Source: a virus
Taxonomy: Duplodnaviria > Heunggongvirae > Uroviricota > Caudoviricetes
Strand: one strand, 5' to 3'
Virus record (IMG/VR): IMGVR_UViG_3300028031_000001
Span: 64,001 to 108,641 of that record
DNA length: 44,641 nt
The translations under genes were made by a program, and so were the position numbers. Positions 18,701-28,511 of this stretch are shown one piece after another (the first letter of the stretch is position 1; each line of letters starts with the position of its first letter). The notes under the pieces were generated by a model. The model was not told the DNA's origin. It saw only the letters and a list, made by a program, of their open reading frames with translations, and searched no databases.

Positions 18701-19164
18701 GAATACAACAAATAATTGCCGGACTGTTTCAAGCTTTTCCGGGGTTCAATAGCTCGACAGCGGGCAGTCTCGGGGCAAATGTTAGCCCAAACTTTCAAAC
18801 AGGTGTGACATTCGCCTCTGGTGGGGTAATGGGAAGTAGGGGAAGTGTAGCTCTTAATAAATACGCCAATGGCGGTATAGCAAGATCGGCACAGGTGGCT
18901 GTATTTGGAGAAGGAGATGGGGCGGAAGCTTTCGTTCCTCTACCTGATGGTAGAAGCATTCCCGTAACAGTAAGTAGTGACAGTACTAATAAAGGCGGTG
19001 GAACCGGAGACGTGACTGTAAACCTTATAAACGAATCCGGAACTCAGTTAAACGCGGATGCGAAGCAGCCTAAGTTCGATGGGGAAAAGATGGTATTAGA
19101 TGTGGTGATGAGAAATCTATCGAAACCCGGTAGGTTTAGGGACGTAATGGGGGGTGCTAGATAA
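15760..19164 (+). CDS. Tape measure protein
   Basis: 1134 aa, Ala/Leu helical. N-terminal KRASIAIQQMAGKGVISMEELRQQLGE tape-measure motif; C-terminal FASGG...ANGGI...FGEG.G.EAFVPL. Confidence 0.95.
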   Translation: MAFSELVVSLDLDGKKFNAGIRIAKKDLDKFRTSLAKTNGPLRRSSKSVKTWGRTFRDTFIVLGLARAAFQNLISVVNLLPRAMLEANAEIERMQALMMGLDTSTNDAAKSLSNANENIQKLFTLSSNSPFAINAVTDSFVKMKVAGLDPLAGPLQALTDSVAKFGGTTEQLKRASIAIQQMAGKGVISMEELRQQLGEAVPNAMATMSRAIGIRMEALVDIISQGNLEAVTALKAMFQQMAIENSGAAEKMSKTWNGTMNRMRNQFTLLMKAVGDAGAFEAFKKQLDEIVGLMSDDTIREFAVTLGAGMADLVVGLRKVVSVLIEFNQIITLAFKVFLGTAVANGITSIIGRLGGLWAVTQIATLNFTKWTFGIGAAKTKLVALQVQLTAANISMAGYSSVTRLGIIATNAFTVSMRGLGIAMKFAFGHIGLIVGAVLIAIEVWDKFVGGQKRVLDSIRETDGALTALQEKQLTQGIRNLRGEKRVAELRLRQLESWAGDEIAIRTRLAIANANEEDGKRTAETRVLSQLLSHQREIARITTQIEEDKNRITSSQETIASDTIRAAELAAQKQFAAAILKNSEDNAKNFLELQARTLTNMELGNVAAAREFKAGQEQILQELFQLDLSSARNLLKLQADTNKSLKDEDLKAGQARLTALQTLTEELIERGALTIQEATIFGGDDGQTEVKKLETLVANTKAAIAGMKAELRGTNSEIAKFIAKFDTKALVEQELITQELADSILKLRGEYGDLAETLKDFKKNNTEFNSITKKAEKLTVVIEALNAKAENSNNPFVKMAGGLKAAEFRTQQLIDRLLELQSNGNLSDDNQLKIQGQIDSLRLSLEKLPDASRKAGIGEISEELKDYQETLRNTAAAAEFSFNRQRDFLDKFVKESGDKFTELDRKMVDEYRAALDHMELLQGNALASLLHEWETKTLDMNDVWAKGIQGMADALTEFVTTGKFKFKDLIRSIIKMIIQSRIQQIIAGLFQAFPGFNSSTAGSLGANVSPNFQTGVTFASGGVMGSRGSVALNKYANGGIARSAQVAVFGEGDGAEAFVPLPDGRSIPVTVSSDSTNKGGGTGDVTVNLINESGTQLNADAKQPKFDGEKMVLDVVMRNLSKPGRFRDVMGGAR

Positions 19165-19518
19165 ATGGTCGCTATGGTGTTACAATCGAGACAAGATTCC
19201 GCACAGTTCGCCGAGGGTCACATAGATAATGCCATCAAAGCGAAGGCTGAAGGTGGTTATACCTCAACAAGACCTAGATATACTAGAAATATGTTGAAGG
19301 AATTCCACACGGGGTTTTCAGACCTAACAGAGGCGGAAAAAAATATATTTGAAGCTTTTGTGGAAGATCATGGGACGTTTTTAATATTCGAATGGATTCA
19401 TCCAACTACCGCGATACAATATTCTGTAAGATTCGATAATGTTCCGCAAATAAAATACATTGGGCGTGGAACATTTAGGTTTTGGAGTTCCACCGGAATA
19501 GTTTTAAAAGAGGTTTAG
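19165..19518 (+). CDS. Distal tail protein (lambda gpM-like)
   Basis: 117 aa after the TMP; GGY..TRPRYTR, F.W.HP, ...LKEV end. Confidence 0.7.
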   Translation: MVAMVLQSRQDSAQFAEGHIDNAIKAKAEGGYTSTRPRYTRNMLKEFHTGFSDLTEAEKNIFEAFVEDHGTFLIFEWIHPTTAIQYSVRFDNVPQIKYIGRGTFRFWSSTGIVLKEV

Positions 19519-19519
19519 T

Positions 19520-20146
19520 ATGCCAAGGGCGTTAACGATAGCTGAAGTTATCGATAAAAATAAAATATCTTCTGATAGGGTTTGGGTTTATGCCATGAAA
19601 ATATTCGTGGTTGATTCTGCGGGCAGTCCCGTTGAAGAATTAAACTTGGTAAATAATAACGAAGACCTAACTATAGACGGAGAGGTTTATACAGCCTCAT
19701 CTTTCAGTGTTGAAAAAAAAGAAACTGGGGATAGTCTAGGCTCTATAAAAGTAACAGCTCACGACCATACTAGATTTTTACAAACCAGATTGCAGCAGTA
19801 TTTTGGCGCGGTAGGGTTTGTAGTCCACATAAGTTTTGCCCTAACGGACGATGGTTTACCAACAGCAAGTTTAAATGCGGACTTAGTAGAAGAATACAAA
19901 ATAATAATGTCTTCCGCTAACGATTTTATGGTCTCATTAGAGCTAGGCGCAGACAGTCCGCTTAATGTATTAATACCTAAAAGGGTTCAATCTCAAGATA
20001 GATGTTCATATAGGTACAAATCTATAGAGTGTGGATACGTAGGTGCGGAAACTTCGTGCGATTTTACCTTGGATGGCGCAAATGGGTGTGCGTTTCACAG
20101 CAATTCACCAAGATTTGGAGGTTATCCGGGCATTAAAATAAGGTGA
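19520..20146 (+). CDS. Tail tip protein (lambda gpL-like)
   Basis: C-terminal four-Cys cluster RCSYRYKSIECGY...SCDF...GC...RFGGYPGI. Confidence 0.8.
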   Translation: MPRALTIAEVIDKNKISSDRVWVYAMKIFVVDSAGSPVEELNLVNNNEDLTIDGEVYTASSFSVEKKETGDSLGSIKVTAHDHTRFLQTRLQQYFGAVGFVVHISFALTDDGLPTASLNADLVEEYKIIMSSANDFMVSLELGADSPLNVLIPKRVQSQDRCSYRYKSIECGYVGAETSCDFTLDGANGCAFHSNSPRFGGYPGIKIR

Positions 20147-20520
20147 GCATATCGGTTTCAGACCTTATAGGGAAACCCTTTGAATATAACGCAAGAGGGC
20201 CTGAAAAATACGATTGTTGGGGTTTGGTTATGGAAATGCAGCGCAGAAATGGTATAAAGATACCGGATTATGAAAGCCCCACCGCTTGGCAAGACATATC
20301 GAAACTTATGAGGCGGGAACTTGTGCAGTGGGAAAGGGTTGATCAAGAACCATATTCCGTAATGTATATGAAGCTAGCTACACAACCAAGTCACGTAGGA
20401 GTTTATTTAGGGTTTGGAAAATTTATACACGCTAGTGAATCTAGCGAAATGGTTCGTATAGAAAGAATTAGATTTTGGGAAAATAATATTGTTGGATACT
20501 ACAAATATATCGGAGCTTAA
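20143..20520 (+). CDS. NlpC/P60 tail-tip peptidase (lambda gpK-like)
   Basis: YDCWGLV catalytic Cys, SHVGVY His, FIHA. Confidence 0.9.
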   Translation: MSISVSDLIGKPFEYNARGPEKYDCWGLVMEMQRRNGIKIPDYESPTAWQDISKLMRRELVQWERVDQEPYSVMYMKLATQPSHVGVYLGFGKFIHASESSEMVRIERIRFWENNIVGYYKYIGA

Positions 20521-23500
20521 AAGAGAGATAAAAAATAATGAAATTGCGTTTTTCATTATGGATAATCTTCTTGAGCCGGAAAACACTCTAGTAGAAAATA
20601 GAGAGTGGGAAGATGGTGTGCCCTTAAGTATGTATTTAGGAGACTTAGGGGAAGATTGGACTGTAATTCATAATGCCAAACATATAATTCCTTCGGAATT
20701 AAAAAATGTAATACCTAAAGCTATGGATATTGTTGTTGTAACAATAACCCCAAATGGAGACGCATTTAAAGCTGTTTTAGCTATCGCAGCTATCGTTGTA
20801 ATTAGTTATTTTACCTTTGGGGCGGGAGGTTTAGCAATTGGGGCCGGAGAGGGTGCCGGATTCTTAGGCTCTTTTGGTGGAACTTTTCTAGGAGCTAATG
20901 GCTTCGGGGCATTCTTAGCCGCTTCTGCGGTATTTATTGGCGGATCAATGCTTGTTAACGCCATTCTAGGGCCGAAACCTCCGGGGTCTGGAGACGAATG
21001 GACTAATGATCCTACTTATGGCATCGATGGGCCAAAGAATTCCTCAACGGCGGGCATCCCAACTCCAGTAATTATAGGCCCATATAGAATGGGCGGAAAC
21101 TTTATAGCTGTTCATACTACAAATGGCGAACAAGTACTAGATGGCAAAGCATCCATCCAACCCGACTGGAGTCTGGCGTATAACGATTACGACAATTATG
21201 ATCCCGGCGATTCATACAAAAGTGCTATGGGTGGTTTGGCTGGAGTATCTACGGAAAATACACGCGGTGACCAATTCCTGTATATGCTAGTGAATGCGGG
21301 CGAAGGTGAGATAGAGGGTATTAGTGAGGTAGAAATAAACGACCAACCAATATCTAATTTTAAGAACGTAGAGTTCGTAGCAAGAATGGGGGTTGATAAC
21401 CAAGTATCAGTTCCAGCGTTTAATGACATTCTGGTTCCCCAAAGCGTAGCGGCAGAAATAAACACAGCCGCAACTTGGGTTGAAAGACAAACTGATAGTG
21501 CGGTAGATAGAGTTCGGGTAGACGTTGTTTTCCCTAGAGGGTTGTTTGGAATATCCTCAAAGGGTTCTAGAAGATTAACAACTGTAAATATAAGAATAGA
21601 AATTAAAGAACAATCTTCCGGAATTTGGTTGAATTTTATTGATTTGGCCACGGCCACCCCACTCCAAACCGTATATTCTGTAACAAAAAATTCCACAGAA
21701 GCTGTAAGGCTTAGCTACTTTAGCCCTCAATTACCTACAAACGCTATCTATGACGTAAGGGTTCAAAGAGATAATATCACCATAGAAGATAGTAACATGC
21801 GTGATATGGCTTGGGCGGATATGTTTTTAATAACAGACCATGTTGTTGATTACAATCATACAGCCGTTCTGGGAATAAAGGTAAAGTTGGATGAGCAGCT
21901 TAACGGTATTCCAAAAATAACTTTTATAAATAAAGGTATAAAATTAAGAAATTATGACGAAACTTTAGGTTGGCAAACAACACAAACTGACAATCCAGCT
22001 TGGATTGTTTGGAACGCAATGACTAATAGTCGATGGGGCGGCTCTATATCAGAATCTAAAATGGACTTATTTTCATTTAGAGAATGGGCTCAGCATTGTA
22101 ATGACGAAAATATAGTTTGGCGCGGAGTCTTTGAACGACAAAGATCAATGTGGGATCAAATACAAAGAGTTCTACAGATAGGTAGAGCGACAATTATGCG
22201 TATTGGCACAATCTACTCTATAACAATAGAGAAGGCGAAAGACTCTTCGTTTATGATAAATAACACCAATATAATAGAGGGCTCTTTTAGCCAATCTTGG
22301 ATTAGTAATGAGGATAGAGCCAATGAAGTTGAGGCGACTTACTTCGATAAAGATGATGGATTTAGACCTAAAGTCACTAGGGTCGTATTACAATCAGTTC
22401 AAGACAAACAAACAAAGGTAATATCCACAAAGTCCACTTATTACGGGATTGATAATTTAGAGCAAGCCCAAAGACAAGCTCAATTCGAGCTAAACTTAAA
22501 CGCCCTAATTTCCATCGTAGATTTAGAAGTTACAATGGACGGGTTAAGTTTAGTTGTTGGGGATTTAGTTTCTGTGCAACATGATCAACCGGAATGGGGG
22601 GATGGGGGAAAATGCGTAGCGTCTTCAACAACCACGGTTGTAAATCTCGATAGAGAAGTAGATGTCGTTTCTGGAACCTATCAACTTATGGTGGCGTTCG
22701 ACTCCTTAGTTAGGCATACCAATACTGTTTCGGGAGTTAGTGGAAATATTGTATCCATTACAGGATTGGATTGGACTGCAATCGAAGGTAGCCCTTCAAG
22801 AGTCACTATAAACGGCATAGAGCATACAATCCTGAAAGAAGTTATTTCTGGGGGTGCTGACGGTGTAGAAATAGCAGATGTAACTGGAATATCTGGCGGA
22901 AATACAGCCAGCGTTATAGAAACGGACGCTTCAGAAATAAGAACCATCACTGAAGGCGTAGGGGTTTACTCCATTCTTACCGCGTCTAGCGCATTTAGCC
23001 AAGCCCCATCTCTTTATGATAAATGGATATTCGGGCCTATAAATCAAAATGCTGTAGAATATACGGTTCGAGAAATAAGTTCATCTTCTTCTGAAAATTC
23101 ATACGCGTTATCCTTATTAGAATATAATGTTGGCGTATTTAATACAGACCCCGGAACAGTAGTGTCGCCTTTTTCGTACACAACTGACGCCCTATTGCCG
23201 GTAACTTTTCCAGCAACCCCGGTAATACAAGACGTTTTAGAATCATCCTTCTCTGTAAAAAGATATGAAATTCATTTAAATTGGAGTCATAGCGACTTTA
23301 GATATAAAGACGCACAAGTTTGGTACTCAAAGAATGGCTCTGCGTTTGAAAATATGGGATTCTTCCCTTCTTCATTTTCAACCGAAGCGGATTTGGGAGA
23401 TGATTTACAATTTGTTGTAGTGCCAAGAAGTATAGAGTTAATATTAAGCGTAAGGGATTCACAGCTAACTATATCGCACACTGTAACATCTCTCGAAGAA

Positions 23501-26500
23501 AACCCATCTATACCGATTGGTATCGTTGAAAGGCTTGGAGACACATTTGAAGACAACGATCTTGTTAGAGTTAAAGCCACTTGGAATGAAAAAGCAAATG
23601 TCGTTATAGATGAAACTTCAGAACTTATAACTAACGAAGTAACTGCCGGAATTTCTGGAATTTATTCATATCAGTTGGGAGATAACTTAGCTGATGACGA
23701 AACATGGCGCGGTATTGATAGAAGATTCGCTATGCCAGTTGTACAGGGGGTGGTGTACAGGTTAACAGCGACATTCAGAAGGGTTACTGGTGCAGGCTCT
23801 ATATATATCGGTGTAAACGGGTTCTCCGGAGATGTCGCTAATGGGGCAGGAGCTTTAGTAAACAGAAATGGGCTAGACTCATACGCCCTACAACATTACT
23901 TCGGAAAGGCAAACTATGTTCCCGCAGGAACATCTTACGAAACAGTTGAAGCGTTTTTTACAAAAGATGATGTGGCGTACGCATTAAATCTTGGAACGTT
24001 AGATAACCCACACATGTTACATCCGGACGTTGAATATATAGCGCCCATGTTTATCGCTAACAGTATAGCGCAGAGTGGCGAATACAGAATTGCGGAAATT
24101 AACGTAGAAACGAGAATTGGGGATCAACCGTTTTTAATTGGCGCTACACAACCAACAGCGCTTACAGCAGAGCCAACACCAACTGGTATATATACTAGCT
24201 GGACTAGACCTCCGCTAAGCGAATATAGAAATATAAGGGTTTATGCCAGTTCTCAAGACGATTGGACAATGGGAACAACTTTAATTTATGAGGGTGTAAG
24301 TGATAATTATCATCACGAATGGACTACAACGGACAAGTCTTTAGTTGGAAAGTTGAGGTATTTTTGGATTGTTGGTGTTGACTCTCAAGGTGATGAATCA
24401 TCTCATCTTGACGAAGTTGGTGGGACAGAAATAAGTACTGTATCTGCGACTGGTGGCAACACAGCACAAATTACGCTGGTACAAAGTCTAGCGGCAGAAC
24501 CAACACCGCTAGGAATACAAGTAACTTGGGCGAATCCATTAGCCGAGCCACAATTTAAAGAGATAGTTCTATATGCCAACTCTCAAGATAGCTGGACGGT
24601 AGGGCATGTAGAAATATATCGCGGTCTAATGAGTTCGTTGGATCACAACTTCAGCAATACTTCAAAATCCATTGTTGGAAAAACTCGATACTACTGGATA
24701 ACGTCAGTTAATCCGGCAGGTATAGAGTCTAGCCACGGCGCTGATATATCTACAGTAACTGCCACTGGAGCAGATTTTGCCGCTGTGGCATCATCTTCTC
24801 TGGCAGCAGAGTCTTCAGCTTTAGGAATCCACGTAACATGGGATAACCCAATTGATGATCCAAACTACCAACTAACTAGACTATATTCAAAATCTGTAAA
24901 TGACTGGACAACCCCGCCATCTGGAGCGGTGTTGATTTGGGAAGGCGTGGCTAGCTCCTATGAGCATAATTTTAGTACCACCGATAAGTCTATTATAAAT
25001 AAAACTCGATACTACTGGATAACTACGGTAAATAATGCTGGGGTAGAATCGGGTCACGGTGCAGATGTCAGTACGGTAGTTGCAACTGGTGGGAACACGA
25101 CAGCCGCAGCATCATCTTCTCTGGCAGCAGAGTCTTCAGCTTTAGGAATCCACGTAACATGGGATAACCCAGTAGGTGATGCAAGTTACGCACTAACAAG
25201 ATTGTATTCTAAGTCCGTTAGTAACTGGTCGACCGCACCAGTAGGGGCTGTATTAATTTGGGAAGGCACTGGAAGCTTCTACGACCACAACTTTAGTACT
25301 ACAGATAAATCCATAATCGGAAAGACAAGGTATTATTGGGTTACTACTGTAAACCAAGCCGGTGCTGAGTCAGGTCATGGAGCGGACATAAGCGCGGTAG
25401 TCGCAACTGGTGGCGATCCCACACCCCCTGCGGCCTCTGGTAGCGGCCTGACGGCTGTATCTATTCCTGCCGGAGTAAGGGTTGGCTGGTCTAACATAGT
25501 AGCTGGAGAATTTGATCATGTAGTAATCTTTACCTCTCACCAGAATACCTTTGCAACCCATAATGAAGTTATATTCTCAGGAGTTGCAGAGGCATTCGAT
25601 CATTATGGAGATGTTGGGGACGTATCTATAACAGGTTTAGACCGCTTCTATTGGATAAAATTTGTAAACGCTAACGGAAGTACTTCCGCTGTGTTCCCAG
25701 CCAACGTATCTGCAATTACGGCTACGGGCGGGGACACATCAATAGCCACCCCTACAGGATTGACCGCCACTTCTATTACTGGGGGTGTACATTTAGAGTG
25801 GACTGATTTATTATCATCCACATGGAGTCAGACCAATCTATACACTTCAAATCAAGATACATTCTCCACCGACAATGAAATAATATTTGCCGGAGCTGGG
25901 GGATTCTTTGATCACTTTTCAGACTCTATAAATTCTGACATAACAGGCCAGACCCGATACTATTGGATTAAATTTTTAAACGGAGCGGGTGGAACATCAC
26001 CAATATTTCCAGCTAATGTAAGCGCGGTTACTGCGGTAGCTGGAATAGTGGCACCTTCTGACGCAACCAACAATAAAGTTTGGTTTTTAAGTTCCATCCC
26101 GACAAGTCAAGGTACAGATGGGGATTTGGCAAAGGTAACTATAGCCACGATTGTAACTTTCTACTTAAAGGAAGGTGGTTCATGGGGCTTAGTAAGCGAC
26201 CAGACAGCACAGAATATTTCTGCGGGGATATCAGCTCAAGGCGATTTGGCTACGCAAAATACAGTTGATTGGCAGACAGATGTCAGTGGTTCTGGAATAC
26301 CAGCAGATAACGCTACAAGAAATACCATTACCTCCGGAACTGCTAACCCCTCTGGCGGTAATGATGGGGACTTATATCACGAGAATGATGTTGATTCGTG
26401 GTGGGCAAAAATAAGCGGGACTTGGCGAGAAGTTTCTGATACAACAGCTAATAATATTGCCGCAGCCATAACTCTTCAAGGCGATTTAGCAACACAAGAC

Positions 26501-27700
26501 ACCGTGGACTATGGGACAGATGTAATAGGAACAAAACCCCCGGATGATGCAACCAATAACGAAGTAACTACAGGGACTAGCGACCCAACAGGCGGTTCAG
26601 ATGGAGACATTCATTATAAGACCACAGGCCAAGCCAACTGGGTAAAAATAGGAAGCAATTGGACGATAGTTGCTGATACTACCGGAGCTAACACAGCAGC
26701 AGATGTAGTAGGCCAAGGCGATTTGGCTACTCAAAATAATGTTGATTGGCAGACTGACATTGGAGGTGCAAACAAGCCAGTCAATAATGCCACAAGAAAT
26801 TTAATTGTTGTAGGAACTACGGCGAACCAACCTGCTAATGTTGATTCAGAAACAAATGATTTGTTTTTTTGGACTACACTTGATGGGGGTCTTCCTGTCG
26901 GGAATATTCAATACTATAGCTCGGGGGGGGCTTGGACAGATTTCGAGACCAATGCATTTACGCTTGCTGGCAACCCGCCCTCATGGTACGCCACTTCTGC
27001 TGCTAATTTGAGTGAAGTGGCCGCAGCTAATGCACTTAAATTTGGGGGGGTTTTGCCTTCTGGGTATATAACCACAACAGGGAACATTGGCAGTACCACA
27101 GGGGCGGCAGATGATAGTGATAAGTTAGGTGGGGTTACTGCGGCAAATTATGGCCGGACAGATATTACTGAGAACTTTAAAGATACTGTTCATACCAAAG
27201 TTTCGCTAACAACCAGCCTTGGTGGCGCAGGAACTATAGCCGTAAATGGCCCCGGAATCGCGTATGTTGGGTCATCATCAGGAGGGGGCTTAGCCACAGT
27301 AATTGGGTTTAGATGGAATTCCCCAGACATGATTGGGGTTGTTAATGATAGTACCAACTTTGTCGTTGGCACTAGTTCAGACTATCGCCTAAAAAATGTA
27401 AAAGGCCCAATAATAAATGCCCTATCCACTTTGCAAAAAATACAAACGTATGCGTATACGGTAGTTGATGACGAATCAGAAGTTATTCATTATGGGTCAT
27501 TAGCTCATGAAGTACAGGAAATTTTGCCCAGCTTGGTTACTGGCGAAAAAGATGGTATGCATACGCATACGAACGAGGATGGAACAAAAAGAACTAACCC
27601 ATCTTACCAGTCTATAAATTATGCGTTGTTAGTGCCATTTTTAATAGAGTCTATAAAAGAGTTAACCGCTAGAGTAGAGGAATTGGAGAAGAATAAATGA
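20489..27700 (+). CDS. Fused tail tip/central fibre (gpI+gpJ-like) with Fn3-like repeats and a C-terminal peptidase S74 chaperone
   Basis: N-terminal Gly/Ala hydrophobic gpI-like stretch; G.P.PVIIG, GEGEIEGI, NPAWIVW, EVEATYFDKDDGF J motifs; terminal SDYRLKN...G.LAHEVQE.LP.LV...INYA.LVP.LIESIKEL. TTG start is uncertain. Confidence 0.9.
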   Translation: MLDTTNISELKREIKNNEIAFFIMDNLLEPENTLVENREWEDGVPLSMYLGDLGEDWTVIHNAKHIIPSELKNVIPKAMDIVVVTITPNGDAFKAVLAIAAIVVISYFTFGAGGLAIGAGEGAGFLGSFGGTFLGANGFGAFLAASAVFIGGSMLVNAILGPKPPGSGDEWTNDPTYGIDGPKNSSTAGIPTPVIIGPYRMGGNFIAVHTTNGEQVLDGKASIQPDWSLAYNDYDNYDPGDSYKSAMGGLAGVSTENTRGDQFLYMLVNAGEGEIEGISEVEINDQPISNFKNVEFVARMGVDNQVSVPAFNDILVPQSVAAEINTAATWVERQTDSAVDRVRVDVVFPRGLFGISSKGSRRLTTVNIRIEIKEQSSGIWLNFIDLATATPLQTVYSVTKNSTEAVRLSYFSPQLPTNAIYDVRVQRDNITIEDSNMRDMAWADMFLITDHVVDYNHTAVLGIKVKLDEQLNGIPKITFINKGIKLRNYDETLGWQTTQTDNPAWIVWNAMTNSRWGGSISESKMDLFSFREWAQHCNDENIVWRGVFERQRSMWDQIQRVLQIGRATIMRIGTIYSITIEKAKDSSFMINNTNIIEGSFSQSWISNEDRANEVEATYFDKDDGFRPKVTRVVLQSVQDKQTKVISTKSTYYGIDNLEQAQRQAQFELNLNALISIVDLEVTMDGLSLVVGDLVSVQHDQPEWGDGGKCVASSTTTVVNLDREVDVVSGTYQLMVAFDSLVRHTNTVSGVSGNIVSITGLDWTAIEGSPSRVTINGIEHTILKEVISGGADGVEIADVTGISGGNTASVIETDASEIRTITEGVGVYSILTASSAFSQAPSLYDKWIFGPINQNAVEYTVREISSSSSENSYALSLLEYNVGVFNTDPGTVVSPFSYTTDALLPVTFPATPVIQDVLESSFSVKRYEIHLNWSHSDFRYKDAQVWYSKNGSAFENMGFFPSSFSTEADLGDDLQFVVVPRSIELILSVRDSQLTISHTVTSLEENPSIPIGIVERLGDTFEDNDLVRVKATWNEKANVVIDETSELITNEVTAGISGIYSYQLGDNLADDETWRGIDRRFAMPVVQGVVYRLTATFRRVTGAGSIYIGVNGFSGDVANGAGALVNRNGLDSYALQHYFGKANYVPAGTSYETVEAFFTKDDVAYALNLGTLDNPHMLHPDVEYIAPMFIANSIAQSGEYRIAEINVETRIGDQPFLIGATQPTALTAEPTPTGIYTSWTRPPLSEYRNIRVYASSQDDWTMGTTLIYEGVSDNYHHEWTTTDKSLVGKLRYFWIVGVDSQGDESSHLDEVGGTEISTVSATGGNTAQITLVQSLAAEPTPLGIQVTWANPLAEPQFKEIVLYANSQDSWTVGHVEIYRGLMSSLDHNFSNTSKSIVGKTRYYWITSVNPAGIESSHGADISTVTATGADFAAVASSSLAAESSALGIHVTWDNPIDDPNYQLTRLYSKSVNDWTTPPSGAVLIWEGVASSYEHNFSTTDKSIINKTRYYWITTVNNAGVESGHGADVSTVVATGGNTTAAASSSLAAESSALGIHVTWDNPVGDASYALTRLYSKSVSNWSTAPVGAVLIWEGTGSFYDHNFSTTDKSIIGKTRYYWVTTVNQAGAESGHGADISAVVATGGDPTPPAASGSGLTAVSIPAGVRVGWSNIVAGEFDHVVIFTSHQNTFATHNEVIFSGVAEAFDHYGDVGDVSITGLDRFYWIKFVNANGSTSAVFPANVSAITATGGDTSIATPTGLTATSITGGVHLEWTDLLSSTWSQTNLYTSNQDTFSTDNEIIFAGAGGFFDHFSDSINSDITGQTRYYWIKFLNGAGGTSPIFPANVSAVTAVAGIVAPSDATNNKVWFLSSIPTSQGTDGDLAKVTIATIVTFYLKEGGSWGLVSDQTAQNISAGISAQGDLATQNTVDWQTDVSGSGIPADNATRNTITSGTANPSGGNDGDLYHENDVDSWWAKISGTWREVSDTTANNIAAAITLQGDLATQDTVDYGTDVIGTKPPDDATNNEVTTGTSDPTGGSDGDIHYKTTGQANWVKIGSNWTIVADTTGANTAADVVGQGDLATQNNVDWQTDIGGANKPVNNATRNLIVVGTTANQPANVDSETNDLFFWTTLDGGLPVGNIQYYSSGGAWTDFETNAFTLAGNPPSWYATSAANLSEVAAANALKFGGVLPSGYITTTGNIGSTTGAADDSDKLGGVTAANYGRTDITENFKDTVHTKVSLTTSLGGAGTIAVNGPGIAYVGSSSGGGLATVIGFRWNSPDMIGVVNDSTNFVVGTSSDYRLKNVKGPIINALSTLQKIQTYAYTVVDDESEVIHYGSLAHEVQEILPSLVTGEKDGMHTHTNEDGTKRTNPSYQSINYALLVPFLIESIKELTARVEELEKNK
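24150..26050 (+). repeat. Six ~105-110 aa Fn3-like modules
   Basis: L.A....GI.V.W...RY(Y/F)W...VN recurs six times. A 63-bp identical repeat lies at 24788-24850 and 25109-25171. Confidence 0.9.
26200..26800 (+). repeat. Three ~80-aa QGDLATQ..VD repeats
   Basis: CAAGGCGATTT(G/A)GC at ~26237, ~26477 and ~26714. Confidence 0.85.
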
Positions 27701-27987
27701 GATATTATGTAAGACAAGATGAAAGAAATCCATCAGAGTTTGTGCACTGGGTATACGGGCCAAGGGCTTTTGGAAATGATTTAAACTTAGCCATCACCAT
27801 ACCCGAAGATCGTATAGATCAATTAAGGGAGGGATTCACGGCGGTGGCGGTTGATTCCGCTGATACAGCGGCTGTGGAAGTTAAGCATAGAAGAGTTGCT
27901 TATGCGGATATGCCTATCACAAGCCCTAAAGATTCGGATTCCCACTTTAAGACATTACAAATATTTGAGGAGAAGCCTAGTGCGTAA
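27697..27987 (+). CDS. Hypothetical protein following the tail fibre
   Basis: 96 aa, GGAG SD, ATGA/TAA overlap. Confidence 0.65.
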   Translation: MRYYVRQDERNPSEFVHWVYGPRAFGNDLNLAITIPEDRIDQLREGFTAVAVDSADTAAVEVKHRRVAYADMPITSPKDSDSHFKTLQIFEEKPSA

Positions 27988-28171
27988 CACAAACCAAAGA
28001 GTACCTATAGCCGAGTACGAATATTTGCTTAATAATAATCTAAATCCATTGGATTATTTGACAGAGCATGAGGTAAGAAACAACACTATACTTAGGAAGT
28101 TGTTTTACACCCAGCACACCGAATACCCAGATGATCACATAGAAACAATAGAAGGTTTAATCCTGCAATGA
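27980..28171 (+). CDS. Small hypothetical protein (63 aa)
   Basis: GAGGAG SD 7 nt before the GTG at 27980; this is the 3' part of track ORF 27851..28171. Confidence 0.6.
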   Translation: MRNTNQRVPIAEYEYLLNNNLNPLDYLTEHEVRNNTILRKLFYTQHTEYPDDHIETIEGLILQ

Positions 28172-28473
28172 AACTTAATAAGCCAGAACTTGTAGATGAG
28201 CTAACGGACTATACTAGAAATCTATTCTTTAAGGTTAAGAGAAAACACGGTATCGAAGAGAGTAATAGAATAACTTGGAGACCTGATCAGATAGGCCCGA
28301 TAGTATTTGGATACTCAAAAGATGCGGAACAGTTTACTGTAGTATTTGATGCTACTATAGCCCACAAGTTTGACAAGAAGACTAAGAAGGCTATATTGGA
28401 CTCCATCGCCAAGACAATATCAGAGGCTTATGATGTCTTAAGCTTAAAAGATATTAAAGAGTCTATGGCCTAA
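28168..28473 (+). CDS. Hypothetical protein
   Basis: 101 aa, ATGA overlap with the upstream gene. Confidence 0.65.
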   Translation: MKLNKPELVDELTDYTRNLFFKVKRKHGIEESNRITWRPDQIGPIVFGYSKDAEQFTVVFDATIAHKFDKKTKKAILDSIAKTISEAYDVLSLKDIKESMA

Positions 28474-28511
28474 ATACTACGCCCTATAGGTATACTTATT
28501 TGCAGCTATAT

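Noticed and set aside
14179-20520. Contractile tail or tailocin
   Set aside because: No sheath or baseplate wedge genes; the G/GT, TMP, M, L, K, I/J order indicates a non-contractile tail.
24788-25171. DGR template/variable repeat pair
   Set aside because: The copies are identical rather than adenine-mutated, both are coding, and there is no reverse transcriptase in the window.
27851-27979. N-terminal extension of ORF 27851..28171
   Set aside because: It overlaps the upstream gene extensively; a strong SD supports the GTG at 27980.
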